From an uncultured Gammaproteobacteria bacterium (GTDB lineage Bacteria > Patescibacteriota > Patescibacteriia > SBBC01 > CAIJZX01): 64,000 nt of DNA. Where the stretch lies: positions 376,326-440,325 of the forward strand of contig CAYNGY010000001.1 of NCBI GenBank assembly GCA_964397195.1. Reading direction: 5' to 3'. Each line of letters begins with the position of its first letter. Position 1 is the stretch's first letter. The notes under the pieces were generated by a model, which saw only the letters and a list, made by a program, of their open reading frames with translations, was not told the DNA's origin and did not search any database. Both the position numbers and the translations under genes were made by a program. Positions 1 to 9,978 of the stretch are shown here, in pieces.

Positions 1-8
1 GTGGCCGC

Positions 9-1157
9 TTAGCCATGTCCGTATAAGGTGTAGAGTTTCATGAGTTCGGTGTAGTGACATTCGGGACTGTACTCCGACTCATACAAGTTTCGGGCCGCTC
101 GGGCCATACGCGTACGTAGTTCCACGCTTCCCAAAATCTCTATACATTTCGCTGCAGCTTCATCAGGCTTGGTAAAATCGACAATAAAGCCATTCAGTCC
201 ATGCTGAACGATTTCTGGTATGCCGCCGATGTTATTCCCAATGATTGGAACGCCTGCCGCGAGAGCCTCAATCCCTGTCAGCGGGCTATTTTCAAAGGTA
301 ATGGAAGGGATGGCAATAAGTGCACTACGACGGAGACTCTCGGCGACCACCTGATCGGACACTTTACCCAAAAAAGTCACACTTTCTGTCAGGCCAAGTT
401 CATCGGTCAGGCTCTCTAATTCTTCCCGGATGGGCCCATCACCGATAATCTTTAGGCTGGCGTCCGGTAGCGCTCGTTTAACAAGGGGAAAACAGCGAAG
501 TAATAGGTCGACGCCTTTGATACGACTCAGTCGCCCGAAGAATAATATGGTATGCGGGTGGTCGGGTTGAATTGGCGTGGAAGTGGTGTTAGTAAAGTTG
601 CGGATGGTTAATGGCCGAGTGTAGCCGTTTTCATGTAACAGGTTACCCATTGCATCGGAGGTAGTGACAATCCGCGTTACATTCTTTCGGAGTGTTCGTA
701 GGCGATTTCGTTCAACGTATAGATATGGCCATGTTCGCTGGTACCAGTGTCGGTCGAACGTCCAGCCTTTTTTTACGCAGAACTCGACCGGTAACGCATA
801 CGTGACATCGTGGATGCTATGGACGAATGGAATCTTACGACGTTTTAGGACATTCATGAAGTGGGTATACGCAACCGGGTAGCCATGAAAATGAACAATA
901 TCGGGCTTCACGGCAATCACATACCGCTCGAATTGACGGGTGGTCCATCCGGGTACTAGTGCTTCCCAAAACTGCCCAACAGCGCCCGCTGGTTCGCGGA
1001 CATACCAATCTCCGTCACGGATTTCCTCAACGCGGGGATTTGTCACAAAAACCGATACGTTGACATGATGACGACGCAGGAGCTCAACCGAGTTGAAAAA
1101 AAACGTATCGGTTCCGCCCAGCCGACCAAAGTTATTATTAACTAGTGTGATTTTCAT
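9..1157 (-). CDS. Glycosyltransferase family 4 (GT-B fold)
   Basis: The track ORF is 9..1286. The start is trimmed to the internal Met MKITLVNNNFG (ATG at 1157), which gives a 4-nt ATGA overlap with the upstream GT2 gene. The C-terminal region has the GT4 signature ...GVPIIGNNIGGIPEIVQHGLNGFIV.... Confidence 0.8.
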   Translation of the reverse strand: MKITLVNNNFGRLGGTDTFFFNSVELLRRHHVNVSVFVTNPRVEEIRDGDWYVREPAGAVGQFWEALVPGWTTRQFERYVIAVKPDIVHFHGYPVAYTHFMNVLKRRKIPFVHSIHDVTYALPVEFCVKKGWTFDRHWYQRTWPYLYVERNRLRTLRKNVTRIVTTSDAMGNLLHENGYTRPLTIRNFTNTTSTPIQPDHPHTILFFGRLSRIKGVDLLLRCFPLVKRALPDASLKIIGDGPIREELESLTDELGLTESVTFLGKVSDQVVAESLRRSALIAIPSITFENSPLTGIEALAAGVPIIGNNIGGIPEIVQHGLNGFIVDFTKPDEAAAKCIEILGSVELRTRMARAARNLYESEYSPECHYTELMKLYTLYGHG

Positions 1158-2161
1158 GCGGCGATAGTTACATGGCGGTAGGCTGATCTCCAAATACATA
1201 GTCGCCAGATGCTTCTGACGAAGGTAACACAGTCCTGTCCAAATCCCGACCACGATCGAGAGTGCATGGCGCGTACGCCGAGCCACACAAGTAATTGAGG
1301 AATCATAAATACGGATGCAAGCACGCGATATGCTAGCGCATACCCCAGGCCGTCGTGCTTTCGGTAGTATTCAAAGTCAGTTATAGGGACCTCAATAAAG
1401 TTCTTGGTGGCTAATTTGTTCATGCTGACGCTACGAAGGTGGACTATTTCTGAAGCTGGTTCATAGCGGATGTCCAATCCAGCGTTATGGATTCGTCGAC
1501 ATAGGTCCATATCCTCGCCATTTAAGAAAAAACGGGGGTCAAATAATCCAACACGCGACAGACAATCCCGTGATAATAACATACACGCGCCAGATATCAT
1601 GTCGACGGATCGTGGGGAGCGACGATCGAAATCCGTTAATAAGTGGGCTCGGAATATCCTGCCTCGAAAGAATTTAATCCCGATCGAGGTCAACCACGAG
1701 TAGACGAGGAACTGGTCAAGCAACGTTGGGAACTTGCGCGCACATTCCATTTGGATCGAGCCGTCGCGATTTAGAAGTTTTGGCCCAACTGCGCCGACCA
1801 AATGGTCCGCTTGTATTGCCGCCACCAAAGGCTCAAGGAAGCCTGCGGAAGGAATTGTGTCGTTATTGAGAACTAAAACATACTCCGTGCCGGCGTCAAG
1901 TGCATTGCGGATGCCAACATTGTTTCCCTGGCCGTAGCCGAGATTCCTTTTATTTTCTGTAACGGTTACTTGAGTACCGTAGCGGTGGCGGAACGCCGAT
2001 GGTTCGTCGTTTGTAGAGCCGTTATCCAAAATCACGATCTTTTTGTTTTGATAGGTGACACGTAGGAGTTGATCAACACAAACAATTGTCTCATCATAAC
2101 CGTTCCAGTTTAAAACGAGAATGGTGACGAGGGGCGCGGCGGTGGCGTGGTCAGTTTGCAT
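1154..2161 (-). CDS. Glycosyltransferase family 2
   Basis: The track ORF is 1154..2290. The start is trimmed to MQTDH...PLVTILVLNWNGYDETIVCVDQLL...ILDNGSTND, a typical GT2 N-terminus. This avoids the overlap with the next gene. Confidence 0.8.
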   Translation of the reverse strand: MQTDHATAAPLVTILVLNWNGYDETIVCVDQLLRVTYQNKKIVILDNGSTNDEPSAFRHRYGTQVTVTENKRNLGYGQGNNVGIRNALDAGTEYVLVLNNDTIPSAGFLEPLVAAIQADHLVGAVGPKLLNRDGSIQMECARKFPTLLDQFLVYSWLTSIGIKFFRGRIFRAHLLTDFDRRSPRSVDMISGACMLLSRDCLSRVGLFDPRFFLNGEDMDLCRRIHNAGLDIRYEPASEIVHLRSVSMNKLATKNFIEVPITDFEYYRKHDGLGYALAYRVLASVFMIPQLLVWLGVRAMHSRSWSGFGQDCVTFVRSIWRLCIWRSAYRHVTIAA

Positions 2162-2171
2162 GAAGGCCAAA

Positions 2172-3119
2172 TCAGGCCGCTCTTGTGGTAGGAAAGAGGG
2201 CGGGAATAGTTTCCAGAATCGGGTATTTTGGTCGCCAGGACAGCGAGGTAACCAACGTGCTGTTATCACCGTAGATGTCTGGTACGTCATGAACCCGGAG
2301 GCGTGAAGAATCCTCGGTAAGGGATAGTTTTTTTCCGCTTGCCTGTATCATCGCCCCCAGAATCTCGCCCATGCTCAACGACGAGCCCGAACAGACGTTT
2401 AGGGCGCCAACAAGATTGGGGTCGAGCGCCAAACGCCAATAGGCGTCAATAACGTCATCGATCCACAAATAATCCCGCTTGGAACGCAAATTACCCACGG
2501 CGATTGTGTCTCCATCATGCGCACCGAGTATTTGGTGTAGGAAGGTCCCAATCGCGAGCGAGCGTGAAATACCCGGGCCGATGATATTAAAAGTACGAGC
2601 GACAACAACTGGAAGATGGTGAACCCGGATGAAAAAGTCAGCAAATGCGGATTGGACAACTTTCGAAATGCCGTACGGAGATACGGGGGCGAGCGAGTCA
2701 TTTTCAGAAATTGGCAATCGCGTCGGGATTCCGTACTCCGCGGCCGATCCAATCAGCAAAATCTTACGCACCGGGATTTTCTCGGTGGCCACAATCTGAC
2801 AAATATCCCAACTGACATGCGCGTTGATTGCCAAAAGCTCCGGGAGCGTCTGGTTTCCAAAAATGCCTATGAGATTGATGATGTACTGCGGTTGAATATC
2901 CAATAATGCCGCCCGTAGCTGTGATGTGTCGCGGGCATCAATCTCGCGAATAGGAAACGCCGCCGTACCCTCAGCGCCAACGCCAAAACCAAAAAAATCG
3001 TACTCCGTGGTCAGGTGATGATCGGCAATATACTTTTGAAAATGGGCACCAGAAAAACCAGTGCACCCAAATATGCAGACTCTACTCTTTTGGGAGGAAG
3101 TCGTGGCGGCGTTCATCAA
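2172..3119 (-). CDS. NAD(P)-dependent sugar epimerase/reductase (SDR family)
   Basis: It has an N-terminal Rossmann motif CIFGCTGFSGAHF and a YxxxK active site (PYGISK). It is adjacent to a nucleotidyltransferase and glycosyltransferases. Confidence 0.8.
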   Translation of the reverse strand: MMNAATTSSQKSRVCIFGCTGFSGAHFQKYIADHHLTTEYDFFGFGVGAEGTAAFPIREIDARDTSQLRAALLDIQPQYIINLIGIFGNQTLPELLAINAHVSWDICQIVATEKIPVRKILLIGSAAEYGIPTRLPISENDSLAPVSPYGISKVVQSAFADFFIRVHHLPVVVARTFNIIGPGISRSLAIGTFLHQILGAHDGDTIAVGNLRSKRDYLWIDDVIDAYWRLALDPNLVGALNVCSGSSLSMGEILGAMIQASGKKLSLTEDSSRLRVHDVPDIYGDNSTLVTSLSWRPKYPILETIPALFPTTRAA

Positions 3120-3789
3120 AAATAGAATTAGCAGTTTCGTAGTCTTCCACTCGACCGATATCGAGCCAATAAAAAGGCTCTTGATAGCACGAAATTCTTT
3201 TCCCTTGCTTTTTGAGGGCGAGCATCAAATCGGGCATATCTAGGCGTTCGTTTTTTGGGATAGCCTGAATAATCTCGCGGTTGAGTACGTAGATTCCCGT
3301 ACTAACCTGGTAGGTAACCGTAGGTTTTTCGTGGTAATCAACAAACTCGTCATTCGTGATGTCGAGAACACCCAGATCAATTTTAATCTCCTTGGCGTAA
3401 GTGCAGATGGTTACGTCCGCCTTTTGTTGATGATGGTAAGCTAATAATTTAGAATAGTCGAGCGTGGTCAACAAATCGCCATTCATCACTAAGACGATCT
3501 CATCAAGATCGTTAATCAACGATAGCGGTCCCGCCGTTCCGAGCTCCTTTTCCTCACGAGAATATGAGATGTCGAGGCCAACCTTGGCCCCGGTCCCAAA
3601 AAAAGCGGTCACCAGTTCCGCCAGGTGATTAACGGCGAGTGTGACACGGGTAAACCCGTAGCCCCGTAATTGCCGTAATACTATTTCAAGAATAGGCGAG
3701 CCACCAATCGGAACGAGCGGTTTCGGAAGAAATGTTGTGAACGGACGCAAGCGCGTTCCTTTTCCTCCGGCGAGAATAATCGCTTGCAT
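3082..3789 (-). CDS. Sugar-1-phosphate nucleotidyltransferase
   Basis: The N-terminal motif MQAIILAGGKGTRLRPFT...PKPLVPIGG is the classic NTP_transferase signature. It overlaps the downstream SDR start by about 35 nt. Confidence 0.85.
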   Translation of the reverse strand: MQAIILAGGKGTRLRPFTTFLPKPLVPIGGSPILEIVLRQLRGYGFTRVTLAVNHLAELVTAFFGTGAKVGLDISYSREEKELGTAGPLSLINDLDEIVLVMNGDLLTTLDYSKLLAYHHQQKADVTICTYAKEIKIDLGVLDITNDEFVDYHEKPTVTYQVSTGIYVLNREIIQAIPKNERLDMPDLMLALKKQGKRISCYQEPFYWLDIGRVEDYETANSIFDERRHDFLPKE

Positions 3790-3801
3790 ATCTCGGAGAA
3801 A

Positions 3802-4809
3802 TTAGAGGTTATAAATATTTGGTTTGTATCGCGCGAGGTTGTTGTCGGATTTGAACCAGGCGATAGTTTCATCTAGTCCTTGTTCGAGAGTATACGCTGG
3901 CTTCCAGTTCGTCATCGTAGTAATCTTGGCATTACTGCCGAGGAGTTGATCAACCTCGCTTTTTTCAGGTCGCGTACGTTGTTGGTCAAGTTCAACTGTC
4001 GCGGCTGGATTAATCTTATGAATAATAAGTGCCGCAAGATCACCAACGGAAATATCCCGCTGGGTAGCAATGTTAATTTCCTGGCCAAGAGCTTCTTGAG
4101 AGTTGGAGATTGCGATAAAACCGGAAACCGTATCGCGGACAAAGACCAAATCGCGGGTCGGGTGTGTTGAACCTAGACGTATCGATGTCGCACCGCTCAG
4201 TAACTGGGTAATGATGGTTGGAATAACAGCTCGCGCTGATTGACGAGGTCCATAGGTATTAAAGGGGCGGACAATAGTCGCTGGTACGCCAAAACTACGG
4301 TAGAAGGACTCAGTCAATCTATCGGCGCCAATTTTGGTTGCGGAGTATGGCGACTGTGCTTGAAATGGATGTTTTTCGTCAATCGGTGTGTACTGTGCCG
4401 TACCATAGACCTCTGAGGTCGACGTCACTAATACCCGCGAGACGCTTTCTTTACGCGCCGCTTGGAGCACATTCAGCGTGCCCTTAATATTCGTATCCAC
4501 GTAACTTTCAGGGGCGGCGTAGCTGAAGGGGATGGCAATGAGTGCCGCTAAGTGAAAAATTGTGTCAACGCCTTTTGCGGACTCTTCAACATGGAAGGAA
4601 TCACGAACATCGCTCGGAAAAATTTCAATTGAAGATAAAACGTCTGTAGGAAGTGTGTCGAGCCACCCCCAACTGTTCAAAGAATTGTATTGCACAAACG
4701 CGCGAACCTGGTGTCCGTCTTTCACAAGTTGCTCGGTCAGGTGACTGCCTATAAATCCATCGGCTCCGGTCACGAGAATGCGTTTCTTTGGCTGGTCATT
4801 CATGATCAT
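3802..4809 (-). CDS. NAD-dependent sugar 4,6-dehydratase/decarboxylase-like SDR
   Basis: It has ILVTGADGFIGSHL, TSTSEVYG and YSATK motifs, as in the dTDP-glucose 4,6-dehydratase/UDP-glucuronate decarboxylase group. Confidence 0.8.
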   Translation of the reverse strand: MIMNDQPKKRILVTGADGFIGSHLTEQLVKDGHQVRAFVQYNSLNSWGWLDTLPTDVLSSIEIFPSDVRDSFHVEESAKGVDTIFHLAALIAIPFSYAAPESYVDTNIKGTLNVLQAARKESVSRVLVTSTSEVYGTAQYTPIDEKHPFQAQSPYSATKIGADRLTESFYRSFGVPATIVRPFNTYGPRQSARAVIPTIITQLLSGATSIRLGSTHPTRDLVFVRDTVSGFIAISNSQEALGQEINIATQRDISVGDLAALIIHKINPAATVELDQQRTRPEKSEVDQLLGSNAKITTMTNWKPAYTLEQGLDETIAWFKSDNNLARYKPNIYNL

Positions 4810-4833
4810 AGATGCTAGCGAACGATTAATCGC

Positions 4834-4862
4834 ATTCTATCGAAAAATACGCTCGGTGTCAA
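4834..4862 (-). promoter_or_regulatory. Sigma70-like promoter (minus strand) for the downstream sugar-nucleotide/GT operon
   Basis: On the minus strand the sequence reads TTGACA, a 17-nt spacer (ccgagcgtatttttcga), then TAGAAT. It lies in the 106-nt gap between GT4 (4916..6139) and the SDR gene starting at 4809. Confidence 0.5.
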
Positions 4863-4915
4863 CAAAAAAAGGGGCTAATCTAAGCGGAAAAAAGTCGTAC
4901 ATGTAGCCTCATTCG

Positions 4916-6139
4916 TTACCTTGGCGACGAAGCTACCCGTCGGATCTGATCGGAATAAAGAAGTGCGCAAGATTGCCAACTATAGCGCTCGATTCTTGTG
5001 GCCAGCGCAGGCTGCGAATGGAACGTACCGGCAAGTATTTGGCGAATCGCACGAGAAACTTCCCTTGTATCAAGCGGGTCGATAACGAGTCCCGATTGTG
5101 TCTGCGTGATAATCTCAGCCGCAGCAGTGCCGGCTGTCAATCCAAGGATGGGGCGCTTCGTCCAAAGATATTCAAAAATCTTACCGGTCACAACGCCGCG
5201 CCGACTCGTCGAGGTTAATAACAGCAATGCATCGGCACGTAGCTGGTACGACATCGCTTGTTCACGCGGCATCGCCGGATAGAGACGGATAACATTTCGA
5301 GCGACAAGCGGTGCCATCATCACTTGTTCTGAGACGGAAAATTCGCCAATCATGTGCAACTGAAAAGAGTCTTCGTTCAGGACACCGCTCGACGATAATT
5401 CTTCAAGCGCGCTGAAGAATGGTTGCGGATTACAGGTGGCATCAGAGAGCGTCAATCGGCCGGTAAAGACTACGTGTTTTTGTGTGGATGTGAGCGTAGC
5501 GGGTTTGACGTCAACGAAATCGTCAGGGTCAAAGGCGTTTGTAATCGTTTGTGATCGAGTGCGCGGGTATTTGGACGCATAATATTCGGTAATCGGATCC
5601 GACACGGTCACAATGGCGGACGCGGCATCAGCCGTGCGTCGTTCAAGGTCCATGTAATATGGAGCTAGTGCGCCGCTGGAAATGGCTGGGTTCGTCGGTT
5701 CGAATAAAATACCGTCGCGCAAATCGGCGATGAACGGCGTCGAGTATTTTTTGTGCAATTCCAGGGCGATTTCGAGTACGGCTGCTGAGGGGTAGGTGGC
5801 GATGATGACGTCCGGTGAGGACTCGGTCATGATGCGAGTAGCAACTCGTCGAAAAAGGTAGGACCAGACGTCAAAGGGGCGCTTCCACCAGCCGTGTTGG
5901 TCTGTCCAAACCCGAAACACGCGCCATGGCATGAGCCAAATATTCCGGAGTGACCAACGGCTAACATCGATACGGTACACTCCGTCTGCGACGACGAGTG
6001 GCTGTGAAAGATAGCCGTGCGTGACCACTGACACGGTATGACCCAGCCGGCGAAGATACTTTACTAGTTTCGCTGGACGCTGAACGCCGCCATTATTCAT
6101 CGGCGGGTAGTAGTATGAAATAAGGAGGATGCGCGCCAT
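4916..6139 (-). CDS. Glycosyltransferase family 4
   Basis: The N-terminus MARILLISYYYPPMNNGGVQR and the overall GT-B architecture fit GT4. Confidence 0.8.
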   Translation of the reverse strand: MARILLISYYYPPMNNGGVQRPAKLVKYLRRLGHTVSVVTHGYLSQPLVVADGVYRIDVSRWSLRNIWLMPWRVFRVWTDQHGWWKRPFDVWSYLFRRVATRIMTESSPDVIIATYPSAAVLEIALELHKKYSTPFIADLRDGILFEPTNPAISSGALAPYYMDLERRTADAASAIVTVSDPITEYYASKYPRTRSQTITNAFDPDDFVDVKPATLTSTQKHVVFTGRLTLSDATCNPQPFFSALEELSSSGVLNEDSFQLHMIGEFSVSEQVMMAPLVARNVIRLYPAMPREQAMSYQLRADALLLLTSTSRRGVVTGKIFEYLWTKRPILGLTAGTAAAEIITQTQSGLVIDPLDTREVSRAIRQILAGTFHSQPALATRIERYSWQSCALLYSDQIRRVASSPR

Positions 6140-6145
6140 GGTACG

Positions 6146-7285
6146 TTACCGACGAAAGAGCCGACCGTATACGTGGACGAGAGATTGGAGCCACGTTGTT
6201 GATTCGTAGGACGGGTAATCCCAGAACGTTTTCGGTGATTCTTGCATAATCGCCTCGAATTGAGTTTCGGACAACTCCATCTTGTTCAGGAAGAACGGCA
6301 TGTCTTGGCGGAGATCTTCTTCGCGATAGAGTGGCTGGGCAAGCTCTTGTAAGGCCTGATCGCGCGTCATTTGACCGGCGCAGATGAGGCTAGAGAGGTG
6401 CATGCGGCGCTTATCGTACCCGAACTTTTTCGGGAGAATGTAGCACTGGTAGAATTTCGTGTAAGCGGATTCATGGTGCTTTCCGCCGTAATCTTTCCAA
6501 TCGACGTCGCGGATCAGTGTGGCGACCGCCTCTGACTTAATGTAGGGGATGTAGTCAAGAAAACTAACAAATTCTATGCGCCGAACGGTCTGGTCAAAGT
6601 AGTTCCCAACGAACGATTGATGAGGGTATCCGCGAAGGGATTTCGTGCCAAACTGCTTCTGCAGTGAGTAAATATATTTCCAGTCGCCATGACCATGTGA
6701 CCATCGGCGTGGGAGTATAGTTTCCGTGCTTAAATTTGTACCGGCGAGGATATACCTCACACCGTGTTTTCTGGCCATCTGATGGAGTAAGGCGACGATG
6801 GCGTGGTCGGTTGGAATTTCGGAGTCCGGCGTTGATGCCTTCAGGAACGACAACTGCAGGTCGCGGAATATTTCCCAATCCATGACGTACGTGAAAAGAT
6901 CAATGTCGAGTTTTTTAAGAAAGCCCTCAATGTTTTTCTGAGCCAGCTCAGTATCCCAACCGTTATCAAAGTGGACCGCTAGCGCACGGAGGCCAAGCTT
7001 TTTGACCATATACGCGACGTAGGAGCTGTCGGCGCCGCCACTGACGCCGATTATGCAGTCATATTTTTTTCCGCGGCCTGCAGTTTTGACGCGTTCGACG
7101 AGTGCCGCTAATGCCGCCGCCTTCTGCTCAGCTGGTAAGCTGTACGGTTCGGCTTGCAGCATCCGTAACGCCTTCGTACAGTTTGAGCAAAAGCTATGTT
7201 CGTCAAAGCGAATATCAGGGTCGCTCGTGTCCATCACACAACGCTGGCAGATCCGATAGACGACTGGCGTAGATGAAGAGGTCAT
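6146..7285 (-). CDS. N-acetyl sugar amidotransferase (PP-loop ATP pyrophosphatase, WbuX/WbpG/PseA-like)
   Basis: It has an N-terminal Cys cluster (CQRCVMD...CSNC) and a PP-loop motif IIGVSGGADSSYVAYMV. It lies directly upstream of HisF-like and HisH-like genes, the characteristic trio arrangement. Confidence 0.8.
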   Translation of the reverse strand: MTSSSTPVVYRICQRCVMDTSDPDIRFDEHSFCSNCTKALRMLQAEPYSLPAEQKAAALAALVERVKTAGRGKKYDCIIGVSGGADSSYVAYMVKKLGLRALAVHFDNGWDTELAQKNIEGFLKKLDIDLFTYVMDWEIFRDLQLSFLKASTPDSEIPTDHAIVALLHQMARKHGVRYILAGTNLSTETILPRRWSHGHGDWKYIYSLQKQFGTKSLRGYPHQSFVGNYFDQTVRRIEFVSFLDYIPYIKSEAVATLIRDVDWKDYGGKHHESAYTKFYQCYILPKKFGYDKRRMHLSSLICAGQMTRDQALQELAQPLYREEDLRQDMPFFLNKMELSETQFEAIMQESPKTFWDYPSYESTTWLQSLVHVYGRLFRR

Positions 7286-8049
7286 ACCGTTGAGAACAGA
7301 TGATGAAGGGTTTCTTGGTCTGGGTAGCTAATGAGCACGGCTCGTTGTGTCCCATGAAAGACAAACATGCTCCCGGCTGCGGCCGCCGAAGCGCCACCGT
7401 CAACAACGGCAGCGCGGAGATCATCCGTGGATGCCGCCCCGCCACAGGCGATGACCGGGATTGATAGGTGCGACGACACGGAACGAATCAGCGGCAGGTC
7501 GTAGCCTTGGCCAGTACCATCTCGATCGATGGAGTTAAGCACAATTTCACCGGCGCCGCGTGCCACCGCCATTTTTGCATGCGCCAGTGGATCAGCGCCA
7601 GTACGCGATCGGCCACTGTGCGTACAGGCTACATATTTTCCAAATAGGGTTTTCTTAACATCGATGACCACTACTACGCTCTGACTTCCAAACACCGCAG
7701 CCGCTTGGTCAATTAATTCAGGAGTTTTAAAAGTAATGGAGTTTAGGGCGACTTTTTCTATGCCGATAGCAAAAAGTCGTTTCATTTGGTCGAGCGTGGT
7801 CACGCCCCCGGCATAGGTGACCGGGATAAAACATTCCGTCGTAATCTTATTGAGGAGTTCAAAGTTTGGCTCTCGTTGGGTAGGGGTGGCCTCAATATCG
7901 GCAATAAAAAGTTCATCCACCTCTTTGTCGTTAAAAATGCGAACGATATTGACCGGATCGCCCAGATACGTCGGCTTCTGGAAGCGCACGGTTTTAACAA
8001 AGCCCTGACCGCGCAAGAGGAGGCAAGGAATAACGCGAGTAGCGATCAT
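7282..8049 (-). CDS. Imidazole glycerol phosphate synthase cyclase subunit HisF-like (WbuZ-like)
   Basis: MIATRVIPCLLLRGQGFVKTVRFQ...IDRDGTGQGYDL is a HisF (beta/alpha)8 barrel signature. It sits in a glycan locus rather than a his operon. Confidence 0.8.
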   Translation of the reverse strand: MIATRVIPCLLLRGQGFVKTVRFQKPTYLGDPVNIVRIFNDKEVDELFIADIEATPTQREPNFELLNKITTECFIPVTYAGGVTTLDQMKRLFAIGIEKVALNSITFKTPELIDQAAAVFGSQSVVVVIDVKKTLFGKYVACTHSGRSRTGADPLAHAKMAVARGAGEIVLNSIDRDGTGQGYDLPLIRSVSSHLSIPVIACGGAASTDDLRAAVVDGGASAAAAGSMFVFHGTQRAVLISYPDQETLHHLFSTV

Positions 8050-8672
8050 ACGGGCAACGCCGAAAAGTTTTTGAGAATGGCCATCCCGTAGCGGTGACTC
8101 TTTTCTGGATGGAATTGGACCCCGTACATATTTTCATGACGCAGAACCGAGGGGAACGCGTAGCCATAGGTTGTTTCCCCAAGCGTGTTCGCCGCCGCGA
8201 GAACGAGGTGATAGGAGTGGACAAAGTAGAAACGGCTTGAATCCGGAAGGTTGGCGAAAAGCGGGTCGGTGCGCGTCTGGCGGATCGTGTTCCACCCCAT
8301 GTGTGGTATTTTCAGGCCCTGGGCATCCGCGGCGAACTGAAACTTTTTAACTTCACCCGGAATCCAGCCGAGGCCGGGAAGCGAACCCTCTTCACTGCGC
8401 TCCACTAGTATTTGCATGCCGAGGCATATCCCGAGTAACGGCACACGATCGACTAAAACCCGTTGTCGAAGCGATTCAATAATGCCGCGTCCTTGGATCG
8501 TCCGCATGGCCTCATCAAACGCCCCAACGCCTGGCAGAATCAACCGCTGGGCAGCGGCGATACCATCAGTCGTACTGGTCACCTCGGCCTGGACGCCAAG
8601 ACGACGGAACATGTTGACAATTGAACCGAGGTTCGCCATTCCGGAGTCAACGATAGTTACATCTGGAATCAT
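8046..8672 (-). CDS. Glutamine amidotransferase HisH-like (WbuY-like)
   Basis: The track ORF is 8046..8750. The start is trimmed to MIPDVTIVDSGMANLGSIVNMF. It has the class I GATase motif GICLGMQIL and the catalytic FHPE. Confidence 0.75.
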   Translation of the reverse strand: MIPDVTIVDSGMANLGSIVNMFRRLGVQAEVTSTTDGIAAAQRLILPGVGAFDEAMRTIQGRGIIESLRQRVLVDRVPLLGICLGMQILVERSEEGSLPGLGWIPGEVKKFQFAADAQGLKIPHMGWNTIRQTRTDPLFANLPDSSRFYFVHSYHLVLAAANTLGETTYGYAFPSVLRHENMYGVQFHPEKSHRYGMAILKNFSALPV

Positions 8673-8685
8673 GGGTAGTATCGTA

Positions 8686-9978
8686 TCAAACCGTGTGCCA
8701 CAAGGCCACCGCGGCGCTAAAAAATGATGGACGAGTAACGGCGGCGTCAAAATGAGCCTGCCAAAATGCTCGTGTGTGCTGCCGCAGGGCGCGGAGTGTC
8801 TCTGGATGGTCGATCAGTGGGAGGAGTGTCTTCAGGAGCTCAACGGGCTGGACCGGGGCCTCAAAAAGGCATCCCACCGCCGGGTTGATAATTTCCGGGA
8901 TTCCGCCGACCGCCGGACCGGCCAATGGAATGCCACAGGCTAGCGCTTCCATCATGGTCACCGGCAACCCTTCAGAGGCGCTCGTATTCACAAACAGATG
9001 GATTGGTTCGCGTGCATAGTGGTCCATCACGGCCGCGTTCTCCATCGCCCCCAGGAGTTGCCAGATGACGTTTGGTGGTAATTCACGTTCGGCCTGAGCT
9101 TGAATGTCAGACCGCAAGGAACCGTCACCAATATGCTGCCAACGAAATTGCTGGTTTGGCCGCTCGGCGGCGATGAGCGCGAGGGCAGAAATCCAACGGT
9201 CGACTTGCTTGACCGGAATGAGTGAGCCGCAGGTTACAAAAGTAACGTGCCGATCGTCAGGAACGGGATTACCCACATGCGGGTCGGTGATTCCGAGTCG
9301 GGAGACGTCGACCTTCTGTCGAGCGAACGGATACTTTGTCACAAGATAAGACCGACCATGCTCGGAAATACAGGAGACATGGTCAACCTGATGTAGGCAC
9401 CATCGCCGGGCAGGGAGAAAATCATCCGGATGGCGCCAGCTGTAGAGGTCAATACCATGCGCTCGGGTGATGACACGAAGGTTGTGGTGGCGGCGTTTGA
9501 CGAGTAAAGCGCCGGTCGTGGTAGCCGAAAACCAAAAAGTGTATATCAGAACGGGGGCAGAAGATTGTTGTGTCTTCGTGAACCAGCCCTCAATCCAGTC
9601 AGCAGTAGCGTGGGCATGTGTCAGATGGCCAATAAGTCGGAGCAATGACCTCGGTTTGACGAGTAGTGCTGGAAAATGGATCACATCCTGCCAAAATGGG
9701 GCCGACCACAGAACGCGGGCAAACAGACGCGCCTTCACTACTCGTTGCCGCATTGAGAGCCGCAGAAAATCCGCCAAGCCAGTTTCCACTTGTATGGTTG
9801 ACGGAATCGTCATTCGTGCTCCGCCTGTAGACTCAGGCGCAATCGTGACATTAGGAAATGCGCGGAGCATGGCCGGGATTTCCGGCACGATAAACGACTC
9901 TTCGTGTGTCTCGTTAAACGGAAACGACTCCGGGAGGAAGAGTACGGTTGGTTGTGGCGACGACGGATGTATAGGCAT
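8686..9978 (-). CDS. Glycosyltransferase family 4
   Basis: The track ORF is 8686..10077. The start is trimmed to MPIHPSSPQPTVLFLPESFPF (ATG at 9978), which gives a TAATG 1-nt overlap with the flippase stop. The C-terminus has EGLPVTMMEALACGIPLAGPAVGGIPEII. Confidence 0.75.
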   Translation of the reverse strand: MPIHPSSPQPTVLFLPESFPFNETHEESFIVPEIPAMLRAFPNVTIAPESTGGARMTIPSTIQVETGLADFLRLSMRQRVVKARLFARVLWSAPFWQDVIHFPALLVKPRSLLRLIGHLTHAHATADWIEGWFTKTQQSSAPVLIYTFWFSATTTGALLVKRRHHNLRVITRAHGIDLYSWRHPDDFLPARRWCLHQVDHVSCISEHGRSYLVTKYPFARQKVDVSRLGITDPHVGNPVPDDRHVTFVTCGSLIPVKQVDRWISALALIAAERPNQQFRWQHIGDGSLRSDIQAQAERELPPNVIWQLLGAMENAAVMDHYAREPIHLFVNTSASEGLPVTMMEALACGIPLAGPAVGGIPEIINPAVGCLFEAPVQPVELLKTLLPLIDHPETLRALRQHTRAFWQAHFDAAVTRPSFFSAAVALWHTV

